A stretch of 64,000 nucleotides of DNA from an uncultured virus (IMG/VR IMGVR_UViG_3300046003_003079) (Duplodnaviria; Heunggongvirae; Uroviricota; Caudoviricetes; Crassvirales), in IMG/VR virus record IMGVR_UViG_3300046003_003079. The stretch is one strand, 5' to 3'. The notes below the pieces were generated by a model. That model saw only the letters and a list, made by a program, of their open reading frames with translations. It was not told the DNA's origin and made no database searches. Shown here one piece after another: positions 28,146 through 39,200 of the stretch (its first letter is position 1; the number at the start of each line of letters is the position of its first letter). Both the position numbers and the translations under genes were made by a program.

Positions 28146-30562
28146 AGCCAGAAATCATACTAACTCCTCAGTCATTCCCAAGTAGCGACATATCAGAGAG
28201 TCAAAAAGATACACCTGAGTTCGGATTACGAATCGGACAAGCTATTCAGCATGAATGGTTTAATAAGGACGGAGGTAGCTGTAGATACTACAGTCAGAGA
28301 GCTGAGTTTCACAGATTAAGACTTTACGCTAGAGGAAATCAACCAATAGGCAAATATAAGAAAGAGATGTCCGTTGATGGAGACTTGTCTTATATGAACC
28401 TAAACTGGGATGTCGTACCGATCATCCCTAAGTTTGTTGATATTGTTGTAAACGGCATGTCTGAAAGAGGTTACAAAATCAAGGCAACAGCTCAAGATTC
28501 AACCTCAGCAGAAAAGAAAAACCTCTTCCAAGATATGGTTGAGGCAGATATGGTTGCTAAGGAATTCTTACTTCAAACTCAACAGCAATTCGGCATAAAT
28601 GCATTTAATGTAGATCCAAAAGAATTGCCTCAAAGCGATGATGAGATGTCGCTATATATGGAGCTTAAATATAAGCCGTCCATTGAAATTGCAGAAGAAA
28701 TCGCTCTTGACACCGTACTTGAATTAAATGACTTCAAACTTATACAGTCTCAGATCGACAAAGATCAAGTAGAGATTGGAGTATCTTTCGTAAGTCATGA
28801 CTTCCAGAAAGGAAATGGAGTTGTTGTGACGTATGAAGATCCAGCTAAAATGGTATGGAGTTATACAGAGAAGCCAGACTTTTCTGATTGCTTCTATTTT
28901 GGTAAGGTTGATACAGTCCATTATACAGAACTATTAAAAATCAATCCAGACTTGACTTCAGAGCGATTAGCGGAGTTAAGAGTATATGGGACATCATGGC
29001 TTAGTGCATATCCAGAAATAAGTAAGTATCAAGATGATATCTTCTCGAAAGATACCGTTACATTACTTCATTTCAATTATCTTATGGACAAGCGATTTGT
29101 CTACAAGAATAAGAAAACTAAGATTGGAGGAAATAAAATAATCAAGAAGGACTCAAGTTTCTCACCAGAGGAAAACGAAAACTTTGAAGTTATTGATATA
29201 TTGAAGCCAGTTTGGTATACTGGGATCATGGTTGCAGGTACAAATGAAATCCTTAAGTGGGAGATGTCTACCAATATGGTGCGACCTAAATCCCCATCTA
29301 ATCGACCTCTTCCAAACTTTATCGGATTTGCACCAAGAATGTACAAAGGAAATATCGACTCTTTAGTTAAGAGAATGATTCCTTTTGCCGATAGTATCCA
29401 ATTGGATCACTTGAAGCTACAACAAATTAAAGCTAGAATTGTTCCTGACGGTGTATTTATTGATGCTGACGGTATTAATGAAGTCGATTTAGGAAGCGGA
29501 GCTGCATACAATCCAGAGGACGCATTAAAGTTATATTTTCAGACTGGATCGGTAGTTGGTAGATCTTACACTGAAGAAGGTGGATTTAATAACGGACGCG
29601 TACCAATTCAAGAATTAAATAGTAGCGGAGGACAAAGTAAGATACAAGGTCTTATCGCCTCATACGACTTTAACTTGAACATGATTCGCGATGTGACTGG
29701 TCTTAATGAAGCGCGTGATGGGTCAATGCCAAATGAGGATTCATTGGTTGGACTTCAGAAGCTTGCCGCATTAAACAGTAATACCGCTACCAAGCATGTA
29801 CTTGACGGTAGACTAATGACAGTTCGAAGATTGGCATTATGTCTTTCATTAAGGATTGCTGACATACTTGAATACGCGAGCTTTAAAGAACAGTTTGCTA
29901 TGCAAATAGGCAAATACAACATCGCAATCCTTGAAGACATTAAGAATTTATATCTACATGATTTTGGTATATCTATCGACCTTGAGCCAGATCAAGAACA
30001 AAAAGATGCCCTAGAGCGAGATATTCAGATTTCACTTCAAAGAGAGCAGATATTCCTTGAGGATGCAATTGAAATTAGAGGAATCAAGAACATTAAGCTT
30101 GCAAACGAGGTATTAAAACTTAAGCGACGACTTAGACAGGAAGACTTAAGAGCACGTGAGGACCAACAAGCAGCTCAACAAGCAGAAATTAATGCACAAT
30201 CTCAACAAGCAGCTACATCAGCCAAAAAGGAGCAAATCCAAATGGAAGCTGAAGCAAAAATGCAAGTAAAACAAAATGAAGTTGCATTGGATATTCAGCG
30301 AATGGGTGCTGAGGTTGAGTACAAGCGTCAATTAATGAAGGAAGAGTTCGATTATAATATGCAACTGAAAGGATTAGAGGTTGAAGGCATAAACAAAAAG
30401 GAAAAAGAGAAGGAAGATAGAAAGGATAAGCGAGTGGACTTAGAAGCTACACGTCAGTCTGATTTAATTGAACAGAGACAAAACAATCTTCCAGCAAAGA
30501 GCTTTGAAAGCACAAATGACAATTTTGATGCATTCGACTTCTCAGCATTTGGACCTAAGTAA
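28142..30562 (+). CDS. Portal protein
   Basis: 806 aa directly after terL; VPIIPKFVDIVVNG and IRDVTGLNEARDG motifs; long C-terminal coiled coil. Confidence 0.85.
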   Translation: MKPEIILTPQSFPSSDISESQKDTPEFGLRIGQAIQHEWFNKDGGSCRYYSQRAEFHRLRLYARGNQPIGKYKKEMSVDGDLSYMNLNWDVVPIIPKFVDIVVNGMSERGYKIKATAQDSTSAEKKNLFQDMVEADMVAKEFLLQTQQQFGINAFNVDPKELPQSDDEMSLYMELKYKPSIEIAEEIALDTVLELNDFKLIQSQIDKDQVEIGVSFVSHDFQKGNGVVVTYEDPAKMVWSYTEKPDFSDCFYFGKVDTVHYTELLKINPDLTSERLAELRVYGTSWLSAYPEISKYQDDIFSKDTVTLLHFNYLMDKRFVYKNKKTKIGGNKIIKKDSSFSPEENENFEVIDILKPVWYTGIMVAGTNEILKWEMSTNMVRPKSPSNRPLPNFIGFAPRMYKGNIDSLVKRMIPFADSIQLDHLKLQQIKARIVPDGVFIDADGINEVDLGSGAAYNPEDALKLYFQTGSVVGRSYTEEGGFNNGRVPIQELNSSGGQSKIQGLIASYDFNLNMIRDVTGLNEARDGSMPNEDSLVGLQKLAALNSNTATKHVLDGRLMTVRRLALCLSLRIADILEYASFKEQFAMQIGKYNIAILEDIKNLYLHDFGISIDLEPDQEQKDALERDIQISLQREQIFLEDAIEIRGIKNIKLANEVLKLKRRLRQEDLRAREDQQAAQQAEINAQSQQAATSAKKEQIQMEAEAKMQVKQNEVALDIQRMGAEVEYKRQLMKEEFDYNMQLKGLEVEGINKKEKEKEDRKDKRVDLEATRQSDLIEQRQNNLPAKSFESTNDNFDAFDFSAFGPK

Positions 30563-30626
30563 TTTTAACAAAAAACACTCGTATTAAACTTTTTGTTAAA
30601 TTTGTAACAATTTAAATCAAATATAA

Positions 30627-31718
30627 ATGGAAATCAAAGGAGTAAAAGTGACTGATGGAGAGTCTAGATCTGCTGTAGAAGTAGAGAAAGAATTGGTCCA
30701 AAAGCACGAAGACGAAATTAAAGCAGACATTCCACCAGTAGTAACAGTTGCAGATCCAGTGATCGACCCAGTTGTGACTAAGGCAGAATTAACTGAAGAT
30801 GAAGTTCTTTCTTTTATTAAAACAAAAACAAATAGAGAAGTTAAATCTCTTGATGAATTTAATGAACTGTTGAATCAACCAAAGGTAGAAGTGCCAGAGG
30901 ACGTGGCAGCATTCTTGAAATACAAGGATGAAACAGGACGCGGATGGGATGACTACCAAAAGTTACAACGCGACTTCACAACAGTTGACCCAAAGAAATT
31001 AATCAGAGACTTTTATAAGGAATCAGACCCAACCTTATCTGACAAAGAAATTGAATTCAAAATGAAGAAATTCAATTATGATGAGGAAATCGATGATGAG
31101 GACGAAGTAATCGAAAAACAACTCGAATTAAAACAAGAGCTTAATAAAGCAACAAAGCATTTTGAGTCTCTAAAGGAACAGTATAAAGCTCCACTTGTGT
31201 CAAATGGGGATTTTGTTTCTAAGGAAGACAAAGAAAGCTACGAGGCTTATAAGAAGTATAAAGAATCGAGCCAAGCAAGTGCTAGTGACGTTCAAAAGCG
31301 TTCTACTTATTTTGCTGAAAAAACGAACGAAGTATTGTCTGATAATTTTGAAGGTTTCAATTTTACATTAGGCGAAGAAAAAGTTACGTTTAAACCAGCA
31401 GATGGTAAGACATTAAGAGAAAAACAGTCCAACGTTGAGAATTTCTTAAATCAATTCGTGGATGAAAATGGCTTAATCAAAGACGCTGAGAAGTATCACA
31501 AAACATTAGCAGCAGCTGCTGACATTGACAAGTTTTTTGAGTTTGCTTATAACCAAGGCAAAGCCGCTGGAGTAGCAGACATCTCAAAAGATTCCAAGAA
31601 CATCGACATGGGAGGAGTTAAATCTCAACCAGAAGGAGTTCGAAAAGATGGAATAACTGTCAGATCAGTAGATGCAGGTAACGAGGCTTCATACAAGATA
31701 AAAAGTAAAAAGCAATAA
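30627..31718 (+). CDS. Scaffolding protein (putative)
   Basis: Acidic, helical, between portal and capsid genes. Confidence 0.65.
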   Translation: MEIKGVKVTDGESRSAVEVEKELVQKHEDEIKADIPPVVTVADPVIDPVVTKAELTEDEVLSFIKTKTNREVKSLDEFNELLNQPKVEVPEDVAAFLKYKDETGRGWDDYQKLQRDFTTVDPKKLIRDFYKESDPTLSDKEIEFKMKKFNYDEEIDDEDEVIEKQLELKQELNKATKHFESLKEQYKAPLVSNGDFVSKEDKESYEAYKKYKESSQASASDVQKRSTYFAEKTNEVLSDNFEGFNFTLGEEKVTFKPADGKTLREKQSNVENFLNQFVDENGLIKDAEKYHKTLAAAADIDKFFEFAYNQGKAAGVADISKDSKNIDMGGVKSQPEGVRKDGITVRSVDAGNEASYKIKSKKQ

Positions 31719-31739
31719 TAACCAAACACCTAAACAAAA

Positions 31740-33107
31740 ATGGCAGGTACAATCGGTGGGTCATTCAATTTGACTCCAAGTTCAACAAAGTCAGTATTGC
31801 AAAGCAACTACTTGACAAATTTTGACTTTTTAAGTCAATACTTACCAGACACTTACGAGCAAGAATTTGCACGTTATGGAGATCGCTCTATTCCGTCTTT
31901 CTTACGTCAAATGTCTGCTGAAATCCCTTCTACATCTGATTTGATCAAATGGACAGAAGAAGGTCGTTTACATACAAAATACACTTCAGTTACATCTGCT
32001 GCTGCTATCAATTCTGATACTGCTGTATTTACTGTTGCTGATGCTGGAATCACTGCATGTAACTTCCGCGTAGGTCAAACTGTATTCTTGTCTTCTGCTA
32101 CTGTAGCAAATAAGGCTATTATCACAGCTGTATCTGGACTTACATTTACAGTTGCTTTCTATGAGGCTGCTGGTCAAGCGTTTGCTTTAGGAGCTACGGT
32201 AACTGCATTCGTTTACGGTTCTGAGTTCAAGAAAGGTACAAATGGTATGGACGGGTCTTTAGAGGCTGAAGTTGATATCTTCGAGGTATCTCCAGTTATC
32301 ATGAAAGACAAGTATGAAATCGCTGCTTCAGACATGGCTCAAATTTCTTGGGTTGAAGTTGAAACAGACGAAGGCATGTCTTACTTGTGGTACTTGAAGT
32401 CTAAGTCAGAAACTCGTATGCGTTTCGATGACTACTTGGAAACAGGTATGATTGAAGGTACAGAGGCTGCTACTGGATCTGGAGCGTTAGCTGCTGGATT
32501 TAAAGGTACTCAAGGTTTATTCGATTCAATCGAAGACCGTGGTAACACTTGGTCTGGTGGGGTTCCATCAACATTGGCTGATTTCGATACAATTCTTACT
32601 CGTCTTGACAAGCAAGGATCTATCCAAGAAAACACATTGTTCTTAGATCGTACATTCTCTTTGAATATCGATGACATGTTAGCTGCTCAAAACGCTTATG
32701 GCGCTGGTGGTACGTCTTACGGATTGTTCGACAATGACAAAGACATGGCTCTTAACTTAGGATTCACAGGATTCCGTCGAGGATCTTATGATTTCTATAA
32801 GACTGACTGGAAATACTTAAATGATGCAACTCGTCGAGGTGGTATCGTTGGTGGAGCAGTTCATGGAGTAATGGTTCCAGCTGGAACAATGAACGTATAC
32901 GATCAAGTATTAGGACAACGTGCTGCACGTCCGTTCTTACACGTTCGTTACCGTCAGTCTGAGACTGAATCAAGAAAGTACAAAACATGGATTACAGGAT
33001 CTGCTGGTGGCGCAAGCAACAGCGACTTGGATGCAATGCAAGTACAATTCTTGTCTGAGAGATGTTTAGTTTCTTTAGGAGCTAATAACTTCTTCTTATT
33101 CAAATAA
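31740..33107 (+). CDS. Major capsid protein
   Basis: Position after scaffold; strongly biased high-expression codon usage; IKWTEEGRLH and SERCL..LGANNF motifs; strong terminator follows. Confidence 0.88.
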   Translation: MAGTIGGSFNLTPSSTKSVLQSNYLTNFDFLSQYLPDTYEQEFARYGDRSIPSFLRQMSAEIPSTSDLIKWTEEGRLHTKYTSVTSAAAINSDTAVFTVADAGITACNFRVGQTVFLSSATVANKAIITAVSGLTFTVAFYEAAGQAFALGATVTAFVYGSEFKKGTNGMDGSLEAEVDIFEVSPVIMKDKYEIAASDMAQISWVEVETDEGMSYLWYLKSKSETRMRFDDYLETGMIEGTEAATGSGALAAGFKGTQGLFDSIEDRGNTWSGGVPSTLADFDTILTRLDKQGSIQENTLFLDRTFSLNIDDMLAAQNAYGAGGTSYGLFDNDKDMALNLGFTGFRRGSYDFYKTDWKYLNDATRRGGIVGGAVHGVMVPAGTMNVYDQVLGQRAARPFLHVRYRQSETESRKYKTWITGSAGGASNSDLDAMQVQFLSERCLVSLGANNFFLFK

Positions 33108-33115
33108 GCATGACT

Positions 33116-33145
33116 AGAGAGGGGTAGCAATATCCCTCTCTTTTT
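33116..33145 (+). terminator. Intrinsic terminator after capsid gene
   Basis: agagagggg-tagcaata-tccctctct followed by a T-run. Similar terminators at 33917-33946 and 34538-34564. Confidence 0.8.
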
Positions 33146-33171
33146 ATTATTTTAATTTTAATCAAATAACA

Positions 33172-33906
33172 ATGAAAACAGAAAACATTTACCTATTGGT
33201 ATCTGGAAAGACTCCAGCATCCACGATTATTCAATCGAAAGACGTTCCATCACGAAGATTACTCTGGTATGATGAGAAAAAACAAAAAAACCGAAGCTTA
33301 AGATATTCATCAAATCAATCATCTATTTTTGTAGATGCTCAGGATGACAATGTAGTATTGGAACCAATCATCATGGAAGATGGTGAATTACGCGTTCCAT
33401 CAACTAATCACGCACTTATTGAGTTTTTGGAAAAACACCCAGACAATAAAGTGTTGTTTTACAAATGGGACCCAGAAGCTGACGCTGAAGAGAAGATGAA
33501 CCTTGAGAATTTGATTCTTGATGCTCAATTAGCAGCACGAGAATTATCTATTGATCGCAAGGCAGCAATGCTTCGAATCTTTACAGATCACAACCCAGAT
33601 AAGATGGATCCAAAAACTATCAACTGGCATGTAAACAACTTAGCCAAAGACATTCCTCGGGAATTCTTGGATGCATTAGATGATCCAGACTTGAATGTGG
33701 AAGATTTAGCAGTCCGAGCAATCAAAGATGGTTTTGTTGGTATCAGAAACAATAACAGAGATATCTTCTACAACTTGAAAGATAAGAAGAGTAAGCTCAT
33801 GACTATCCCATTAAACGAAACAGCTGAAGGAGCGCTATCACTCTGGTTTAAAACAGATGATGGACTCGAATTATATCAATACTTAACTAAGCACTACGAA
33901 GAGTAA
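33172..33906 (+). CDS. Conserved hypothetical virion-module protein
   Basis: ORF track; position downstream of capsid gene. Confidence 0.65.
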   Translation: MKTENIYLLVSGKTPASTIIQSKDVPSRRLLWYDEKKQKNRSLRYSSNQSSIFVDAQDDNVVLEPIIMEDGELRVPSTNHALIEFLEKHPDNKVLFYKWDPEADAEEKMNLENLILDAQLAARELSIDRKAAMLRIFTDHNPDKMDPKTINWHVNNLAKDIPREFLDALDDPDLNVEDLAVRAIKDGFVGIRNNNRDIFYNLKDKKSKLMTIPLNETAEGALSLWFKTDDGLELYQYLTKHYEE

Positions 33907-33983
33907 ACAACAGAAGCCCATGCAATTATAAAGCATGGGTTTTTTTATTACCTTTGTATTTCAAAAACATAAAAGGTTTAACT

Positions 33984-34514
33984 ATGGCAAAATTTCTTAA
34001 ATTCGCTATCGCGCCAAGCGTAGATAGTGGCACAACAGACGGCTCTCCGTCAGGAGCAAATGACTTGATTGATTCTGGTCAGAACTTCTTAACTACAGTA
34101 AAGGCAGGCGACTTGGTTCACAATACAACTGACGATGCATGGGACGTAGTTGCAGCGGTTGTTGATAACGACAACTTAACGTTAGTAACTGGAACAGTAG
34201 CTACTGCTAAAGCTTACGTTATCTATTCTGGAAACACAGCATTATATGAAGATCAATTGGTATCAGCTGAAAATGTTGTTATCGTAGAGCAAGCAACTCA
34301 GTCAACAGCTACAATTGCATACACCGCAGGAGGAACTGGAACTGACATCATTACTGTAACTCACGGTAAATTGTCATCTGCTACTAGCAATGATATGCGT
34401 GCAGCAATCCAAAATGCAATCCTTGATTTACACTCTGGAAAAACTAAGCCAGAAGCATTCAAGGTTGTTTCTATCCCAACTGGAGTTGTTGTAACTGGAA
34501 TCGCAGTAGCATAA
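33984..34514 (+). CDS. Putative capsid decoration/structural protein
   Basis: ATG at 33984; T/A/V/G-rich; own promoter and terminator. Confidence 0.55.
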   Translation: MAKFLKFAIAPSVDSGTTDGSPSGANDLIDSGQNFLTTVKAGDLVHNTTDDAWDVVAAVVDNDNLTLVTGTVATAKAYVIYSGNTALYEDQLVSAENVVIVEQATQSTATIAYTAGGTGTDIITVTHGKLSSATSNDMRAAIQNAILDLHSGKTKPEAFKVVSIPTGVVVTGIAVA

Positions 34515-34578
34515 TCTAGTTTCACAGTCATTTAATCGGGGGTACACATTGTACCCCCTTTTTTATTATCTTTGCATT

Positions 34579-35328
34579 ATGATTAATATTATAAGAAATA
34601 CAGTCCTATCTATAATCAGTAAAGACAACAACGGATACTTAACTCCAGAAGAGTTCAATCTGTTGTCGCGTCAAGCTCAACTGGAGATATTCACTCAGTA
34701 CATGTACGATCTGAATAATGCAATTATAAAGCAAAACGCAAGATTAAATGGTGGAAGCGGGTACTCAAATGTCCCAGCACAACTAACTGAAGTTTTAGAT
34801 AAATTTTTAGTTGAAGATGTTTTAGAATATGATGCTACAACATTGAAGTTCTACATGCCATCAGATAATCCTGCTCAACCAGATGAGCCAGCAGCATATA
34901 AGCTTGAAAGGTTGACGTACAATGGATCAAGAGAGATTGAAAAAGTTTCTCATACAAAGGCATTGAATCTAGTTTCTTCCAATCTTACAGCTCCAACATT
35001 GCTATTTCCAGTATATACACTAAACGAAAATGGTATATCAGGACAAGCAAGTATTCAAATATACCCCACATCAATTGTAGCTGGAGATGTAACTATTTCA
35101 TACTTAAGATACCCAAGAGATCCAAAATGGACATACACATCACTGACTGGAGGGGAGGCATTATTTAATCAATCCGCATCTGACTTTCAAGATTTTGAAA
35201 TTCCAATATCTGACTCTGTAAGACTTATAATACTCATATGTAAATATGCTGGAGTATCAATAAGAGAAGGGGATGTAGTTACTGCAATGGCAAATGATGA
35301 CGCAATGATTAAACAACAAAAAGCTTAA
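34579..35328 (+). CDS. Head-tail adaptor/tail ring protein (putative)
   Basis: SKDNNGYLTPEEFN...AQLEIF and YLRYPRDPKW motifs; first gene of tail operon. Confidence 0.6.
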   Translation: MINIIRNTVLSIISKDNNGYLTPEEFNLLSRQAQLEIFTQYMYDLNNAIIKQNARLNGGSGYSNVPAQLTEVLDKFLVEDVLEYDATTLKFYMPSDNPAQPDEPAAYKLERLTYNGSREIEKVSHTKALNLVSSNLTAPTLLFPVYTLNENGISGQASIQIYPTSIVAGDVTISYLRYPRDPKWTYTSLTGGEALFNQSASDFQDFEIPISDSVRLIILICKYAGVSIREGDVVTAMANDDAMIKQQKA

Positions 35329-35331
35329 TAG

Positions 35332-36240
35332 ATGGCATTCATATCAGATTACGCGTATTACGACAACTCAGGAGCCTCGCCAGCTAGTGCTAATTGGGGA
35401 TCATATCAGTATGTATCACTAGATGATATTGTAAATAATTTCATGCTCGTAAACGTAGGCGAAGACAAGCTTATTCATAACGTAAAACGATATGAAGTTG
35501 TATTTCATGCAAAACACGCGATACAGGACTTAAATTACAACGCACTAAAGGAAGTTAAGGCGATAGAGTTTATCGTCGGTAGTGACCTTAAAATGATACT
35601 TCCTCACGATTATGTGAACTACGTAAGACTTTCATTAGAAACTAATGGAGTGCTTTATGTGATGTCAGAAAACCAGCAAGCTATTTCCGCTACCGCATAT
35701 ACTCAGGATAACAATTTAGATCTTACATTCGATATTAACGGAAACGTAGTTACTGGTCAATCGAAACTTGATATACACAGATTAGCTCAAGAAGTGTATA
35801 CTGGAGCAGGAATTTATAGCGGGAGTCTTGGATGGAATTGCGATGGAAACTGGTATTTCCCCCACACATTTGGAGGTAGATATGGACTTGATACATCGAA
35901 GGCCAATTCAAATCCAACATTCAGAATAAACAGAGCGTCTGGAGTAATTGATTTCGCATCTAATATTTCCGATCAAGTAGTCGTTCTTGAATACATTTCT
36001 GATGGAATGAAAAACGGAATTGAGTCAGAGATAAATGTGAATAAGCTTTTTGAAGAATATATGTATGCTTACTTGAAATGGGCACTACTTAGCAATAAAC
36101 ACGGTATTCAAGAGTATGTTGTTAAAAGATGTTCTGATGAAAAAGCGAGGTTAAAAAGAAATGCTAAACTAGCACTCAGCAATATGCATCCATCAAGACT
36201 TCTTATGGCTATGAGAGGTAAGGACCAACAATTGAAGTAA
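35332..36240 (+). CDS. Tail ring/tubular structural protein (putative)
   Basis: ILPHDYVNYVRLS and VLEYISDG motifs; position. Confidence 0.6.
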   Translation: MAFISDYAYYDNSGASPASANWGSYQYVSLDDIVNNFMLVNVGEDKLIHNVKRYEVVFHAKHAIQDLNYNALKEVKAIEFIVGSDLKMILPHDYVNYVRLSLETNGVLYVMSENQQAISATAYTQDNNLDLTFDINGNVVTGQSKLDIHRLAQEVYTGAGIYSGSLGWNCDGNWYFPHTFGGRYGLDTSKANSNPTFRINRASGVIDFASNISDQVVVLEYISDGMKNGIESEINVNKLFEEYMYAYLKWALLSNKHGIQEYVVKRCSDEKARLKRNAKLALSNMHPSRLLMAMRGKDQQLK

Positions 36241-36243
36241 TAT

Positions 36244-39200
36244 ATGTCAGAAGTTAAAAATACATTCGTAGCTGGAGCAATGAATAAAGATCTTGATGAC
36301 CGATTGGTCCCTCAGGGTTATTATCGCGATGCTCAAAATATAAACGTTGATACTTCGGAAGGAGGTAGTATTGGTGCTGCTCAAAATTCTTTAGGAAATA
36401 CTATCACTACAGACATAGCTACAATATCAGGAAGATCAGCGACTGGAGCCAGAACAATTGGATCGGTTACTTATGAAGCTGGAGGGCTTATTTATTGGTG
36501 CGTAGCTGGAGACTTTTTTGACGGAATATATGAATACAATGAAGAAACTCAAACATCAGTCAGAGTTCTTCAGTCAAACAAAGCTAATGCAAATACTCCA
36601 AGCAAACTAAACTTCAACAAAAACTACCCAATAACGGGTATAAATTTCGTGCTAGGGCCAGACAATAATTCATTCCTTTACATAACGGATGACTATAATC
36701 CTCCTAGAAGAATAAATATCAAGCGTGCAAAGAGCTATAATATAGATGACGACATGATCGACATCGATATTGACGTGGCATTAAACCCGCCTTTATATGC
36801 ACCTTACATAAAGTTAGTATCAGACCCAACCACTGAGTCTGATTCAATGGAGAGAAAGTTTTTATACTTCTCATACAGATGGAAGTATGAAGATAATCAG
36901 TATAGTTCAATAGCGCCATTTTCTGCAGTAGCATTTGATCCAAGCAATTATTTTTTCGACTATGGAGTTGGAAATAACAAGTCGATGCTTAATAAATACA
37001 ATTCAGTTGAGATCGAATTCGAAACTGGGAATCAACTTGTAAAGGAAATTCAGCTAATAGTTAGAGACTCGTCTGGTATCAATGTAGGTATAATTGAAAC
37101 ATACTCCAAAGATTCTATCGGCATTTCTGACAATACATCATACAAGGTTGTTTTTAATAACAACAAAATCTACGCATCACTTCCTACAGATCAAGTAACT
37201 AGATTGTTTGACAATGTACCATTGCTAGCAAAAGCTCAGGACATAGTAGGGAATAGACTTACTTATGGAAACTATACGCAGTTCAGAAACATAACAAACT
37301 CCAACGGAGATGAAATAAAGATTGACTTTACTTTAAACCTAGTAAGTGAATCAGTAACTGTAAGTGAACCGAAACAAACTTGGAAATCTGGTAGAGACTA
37401 TGAGGCTGGATTGGTGTATCTTGATGAGAAAGGCAGAATGACAACCGTTCTTACATCGATAAATAATACACTATCAATTCCACTTTCAAATACGAATTCT
37501 GCCAACACTATAAAATTAAAAATAAATAGTGCACCTCCAAGCTGGGCAACACACTACAGAATATTCATAAAGCAGTCAAAAAGAGGATATTATAACGTAT
37601 TTCCAGTTCTGTACTACGCATACGGAACATATAGATATTTCTTGATAAATCAATCAGATGTAGATAAATTCAAAACAGGAGACTATATCACATTTAAGAA
37701 TGATGGATCAGGCCCAGCAACTACATTTAAGAAGTACAAGATATTAGCAGCTGAAAATAGAGTATCTGATTTTATCGGAGGTAATGGCATTACAGAGATT
37801 TCAGGATTTTACATTAAGATAAAAGTAAATAGTCAGACTGAATTTCCAGCTGGAGCGCAAGCTGTATACCAGCATAACGAAGCCAATATGGATCCATCTG
37901 TAGGAATTCAATTGATAACTGATGGAACAAAATTAGCCGAGCAACCCATACACTACGGCACTGGAGATCCTAATGCCATGACATTATTCAGTAATATATA
38001 CTACGGAAACAATGATTATAGAGTTTATATAGAAATACAATCACAATCTACATTCAGATATACACTTGACAGAACTTTATCTGGATCATGGGTAGAGGGT
38101 AATGCTATAGTAGCTGGGCCTATAACTATTCAATTTTTGGATGCGATATTCTTTATTCAATTTGACATATCATCTACATTAACCATAGGTGACAGATGGG
38201 TAGTTAACTTAAGAACAAATCCATCGCTTACTCAATACACAAATTATTATGGAGGATTAGGAACTACAGGACTCATAAATCAAGGTATAGCTAGGGCTGG
38301 ATCAATAGTAACTTCAGAATGGGTAGATTCATCCACTGGAGATAAGCCTATACAAACAGGAGCAACAATTAGAATTACTTGTATAGATGATGCTGGAGGT
38401 CAACCATATACAAATACGCAATCCTTTTCTTCTGATGCTACTTATGTAAATATCGAAGAATGGTTTAACGAGTCTGGAGCTTGGCAAGAATTTGTTTCAT
38501 ATAATGCACAGGGAACAGCTGTGTACTCTCAACCAGTAAACTTTAGAAGAGGCATATACTTTAATGATGATTCTGGAGGGTTTTTAAGAAGAACAGTAAA
38601 GCAAAATAGCGGATTCAATAATGACCTAACAACTACATTATCATCTCCAGTCCATATGATTATAATGGGATACGGAGCCGTGTCTAATAATGGTGGATAT
38701 GTACATAGAGTAGAGTACAAGCTGGAGATTTATCAAACAGACGAGCAAATTGCTTTCGAAACCATACCATCTGAGTCTAGTGATGAAATATTTCACGAGC
38801 TTCACGAGACGTATCCAATCAAAAATGGCAATCACTTAGTAATGTGGGATTATGACGACTATCAATTTGCCGCTGGAAACAAGACAAGGCTAACTCAGCT
38901 TGACAAGAGAAGACCCCATTATTACAATGTTGGTGATGAAATATCTGTGGTTTCGGATAATACTTTATTAATGCCATCAGGTAATTATACAATCTTAGCT
39001 ATTGAAGATAGATATTCAGTTATACTAGATTTTACATTCCCAACTTCTGGACCAGTTACTGGAGGAAAAATAAAGTATCAGATATCAGACGAGCAAGATC
39101 AAACATCATCCTTCACTCCAGCTATTATTGAAATAAATAAGCCATATTCTGATAATTCAGATTTCAATGCTTGGACATTTGGAAATGGACTTGAATCTGA